A DNA stretch of 64,000 nt, taken from assembly GCA_030141605.1 (NCBI GenBank), contig JAQGDQ010000299.1, forward strand, positions 1-64,000, read 5' to 3'. This document shows positions 63,220 to 64,000 of the stretch, piece by piece (the stretch's first letter is position 1; each line of letters opens with the position of its first letter). The position numbers and the translations under genes were made by a program. The DNA is from Tubiluchus corallicola (lineage: Eukaryota; Animalia; Priapulida). The notes under the pieces were generated by a model, which was not told where the DNA came from, made no database searches, and saw only the letters and a list, made by a program, of their open reading frames with translations.

Positions 63220-64000
63220 TAAGGCGCGCTTTCCATCTGCGCGTTCACACCGGCAAATTTCAGCACACGTTACCGCACGCATTTCTGCACGCGGGATCGT
63301 GTATTTTCATGTGTGTGACCTAGCAGAATTAGAACGTCATCAGGTCACAATGAAACTGAGTACATACTCCAGCTTCTCTGCACACATACCGAAAAAGTCG
63401 TGGTATTTCAGACTGTTTAGTTCCAGCACTGCCACCAGGTGATAGTATCCTCCAAACTCCTGTCGTTGCTTGAGTATGTCAAGAACCCAGAATCTGTGGT
63501 TCCTGCGTTCATCACTGAGTGATAGTATCCTCCAAAGTCATATCGTTGCTTGAATATGTCATGGATCCAGAACCTGTGGCTCCTGCATTCATCACTGAGT
63601 GATAGTATCCTCCAAAGTTATATCGTTGCATGAGTATGTCATGGATCCAAAACCTGTGGCTCCTGCATTTATCACTGAGTGATAGTATCCTCCAAAGTCA
63701 TGTCGTTGCTTGAATATGTCATGGATCCAGAACCTGTGGCTCGTGCATTCATCACTGAGTGATAGTATCCTTCAAAGTCATGTCGTTGCTTGAGTATGTC
63801 ATGGATCCAGAACCTGTGGCTCCTGCATTCATCACTGAATGATAGTATCCTCCAAAGTCATGTCGTTGCTTGAGTATGTCATGGATCCAGAACCTGTGGC
63901 TCCTGCATTCATCACTGAATGATAGTAATCTTAATTGCAAAAAACGACTCCTCTGTCTTAGCAGAAGTAACATCAAAGTTTCAAATTTGTTGCTGGGCAT
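63220..64000 (-). mobile_element. Degenerate PIF/Harbinger transposon fragment
   Basis: - strand RFWVLDILKQRQEFGGYYHLVAVLELNSLKYHDFFGMCAEKLEYVL matches the Harbinger transposase N-terminus; TAA|GGC TIR-like end near 63220. Confidence 0.7.
63441..63927. repeat. 80-bp minisatellite, 6 copies
   Basis: GATAGTA(T) recurs at 63441, 63521, 63601, 63681, 63761, 63841 and 63921. Confidence 0.96.

Overview
AT-rich, intron-containing animal genomic DNA, most likely a marine invertebrate; no prokaryotic features, rRNA, tRNA or CRISPR were found. Main content: (1) a + strand NMDA-receptor GluN2-type gene, rebuilt by hand from 13 phase-consistent GT-AG exon positions (13794-63065; C-terminus outside the window). 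The exon for the end of S2 plus M4 occurs as two tandem, diverged, same-phase copies (61608-61769 and 62910-63065), a flip/flop-like mutually exclusive cassette. (2) Two tandem two-exon genes for secreted all-EGF proteins (11 full plus 1 truncated Notch-like EGF) nested antisense in the 19-kb first intron; their first exons are diverged but their second exons are about 91% identical. (3) Three - strand exons of a pentraxin/LamG-domain gene at the window start. (4) Many repeats: Kolobok-, piggyBac-, hAT- and Harbinger-type MITEs, solo LTRs, LINE 3' fragments, a Penelope-like foldback with hammerhead cores, minisatellites (46, 68, 69/70 and 80 bp) and microsatellites. All alignments and identities are by eye.
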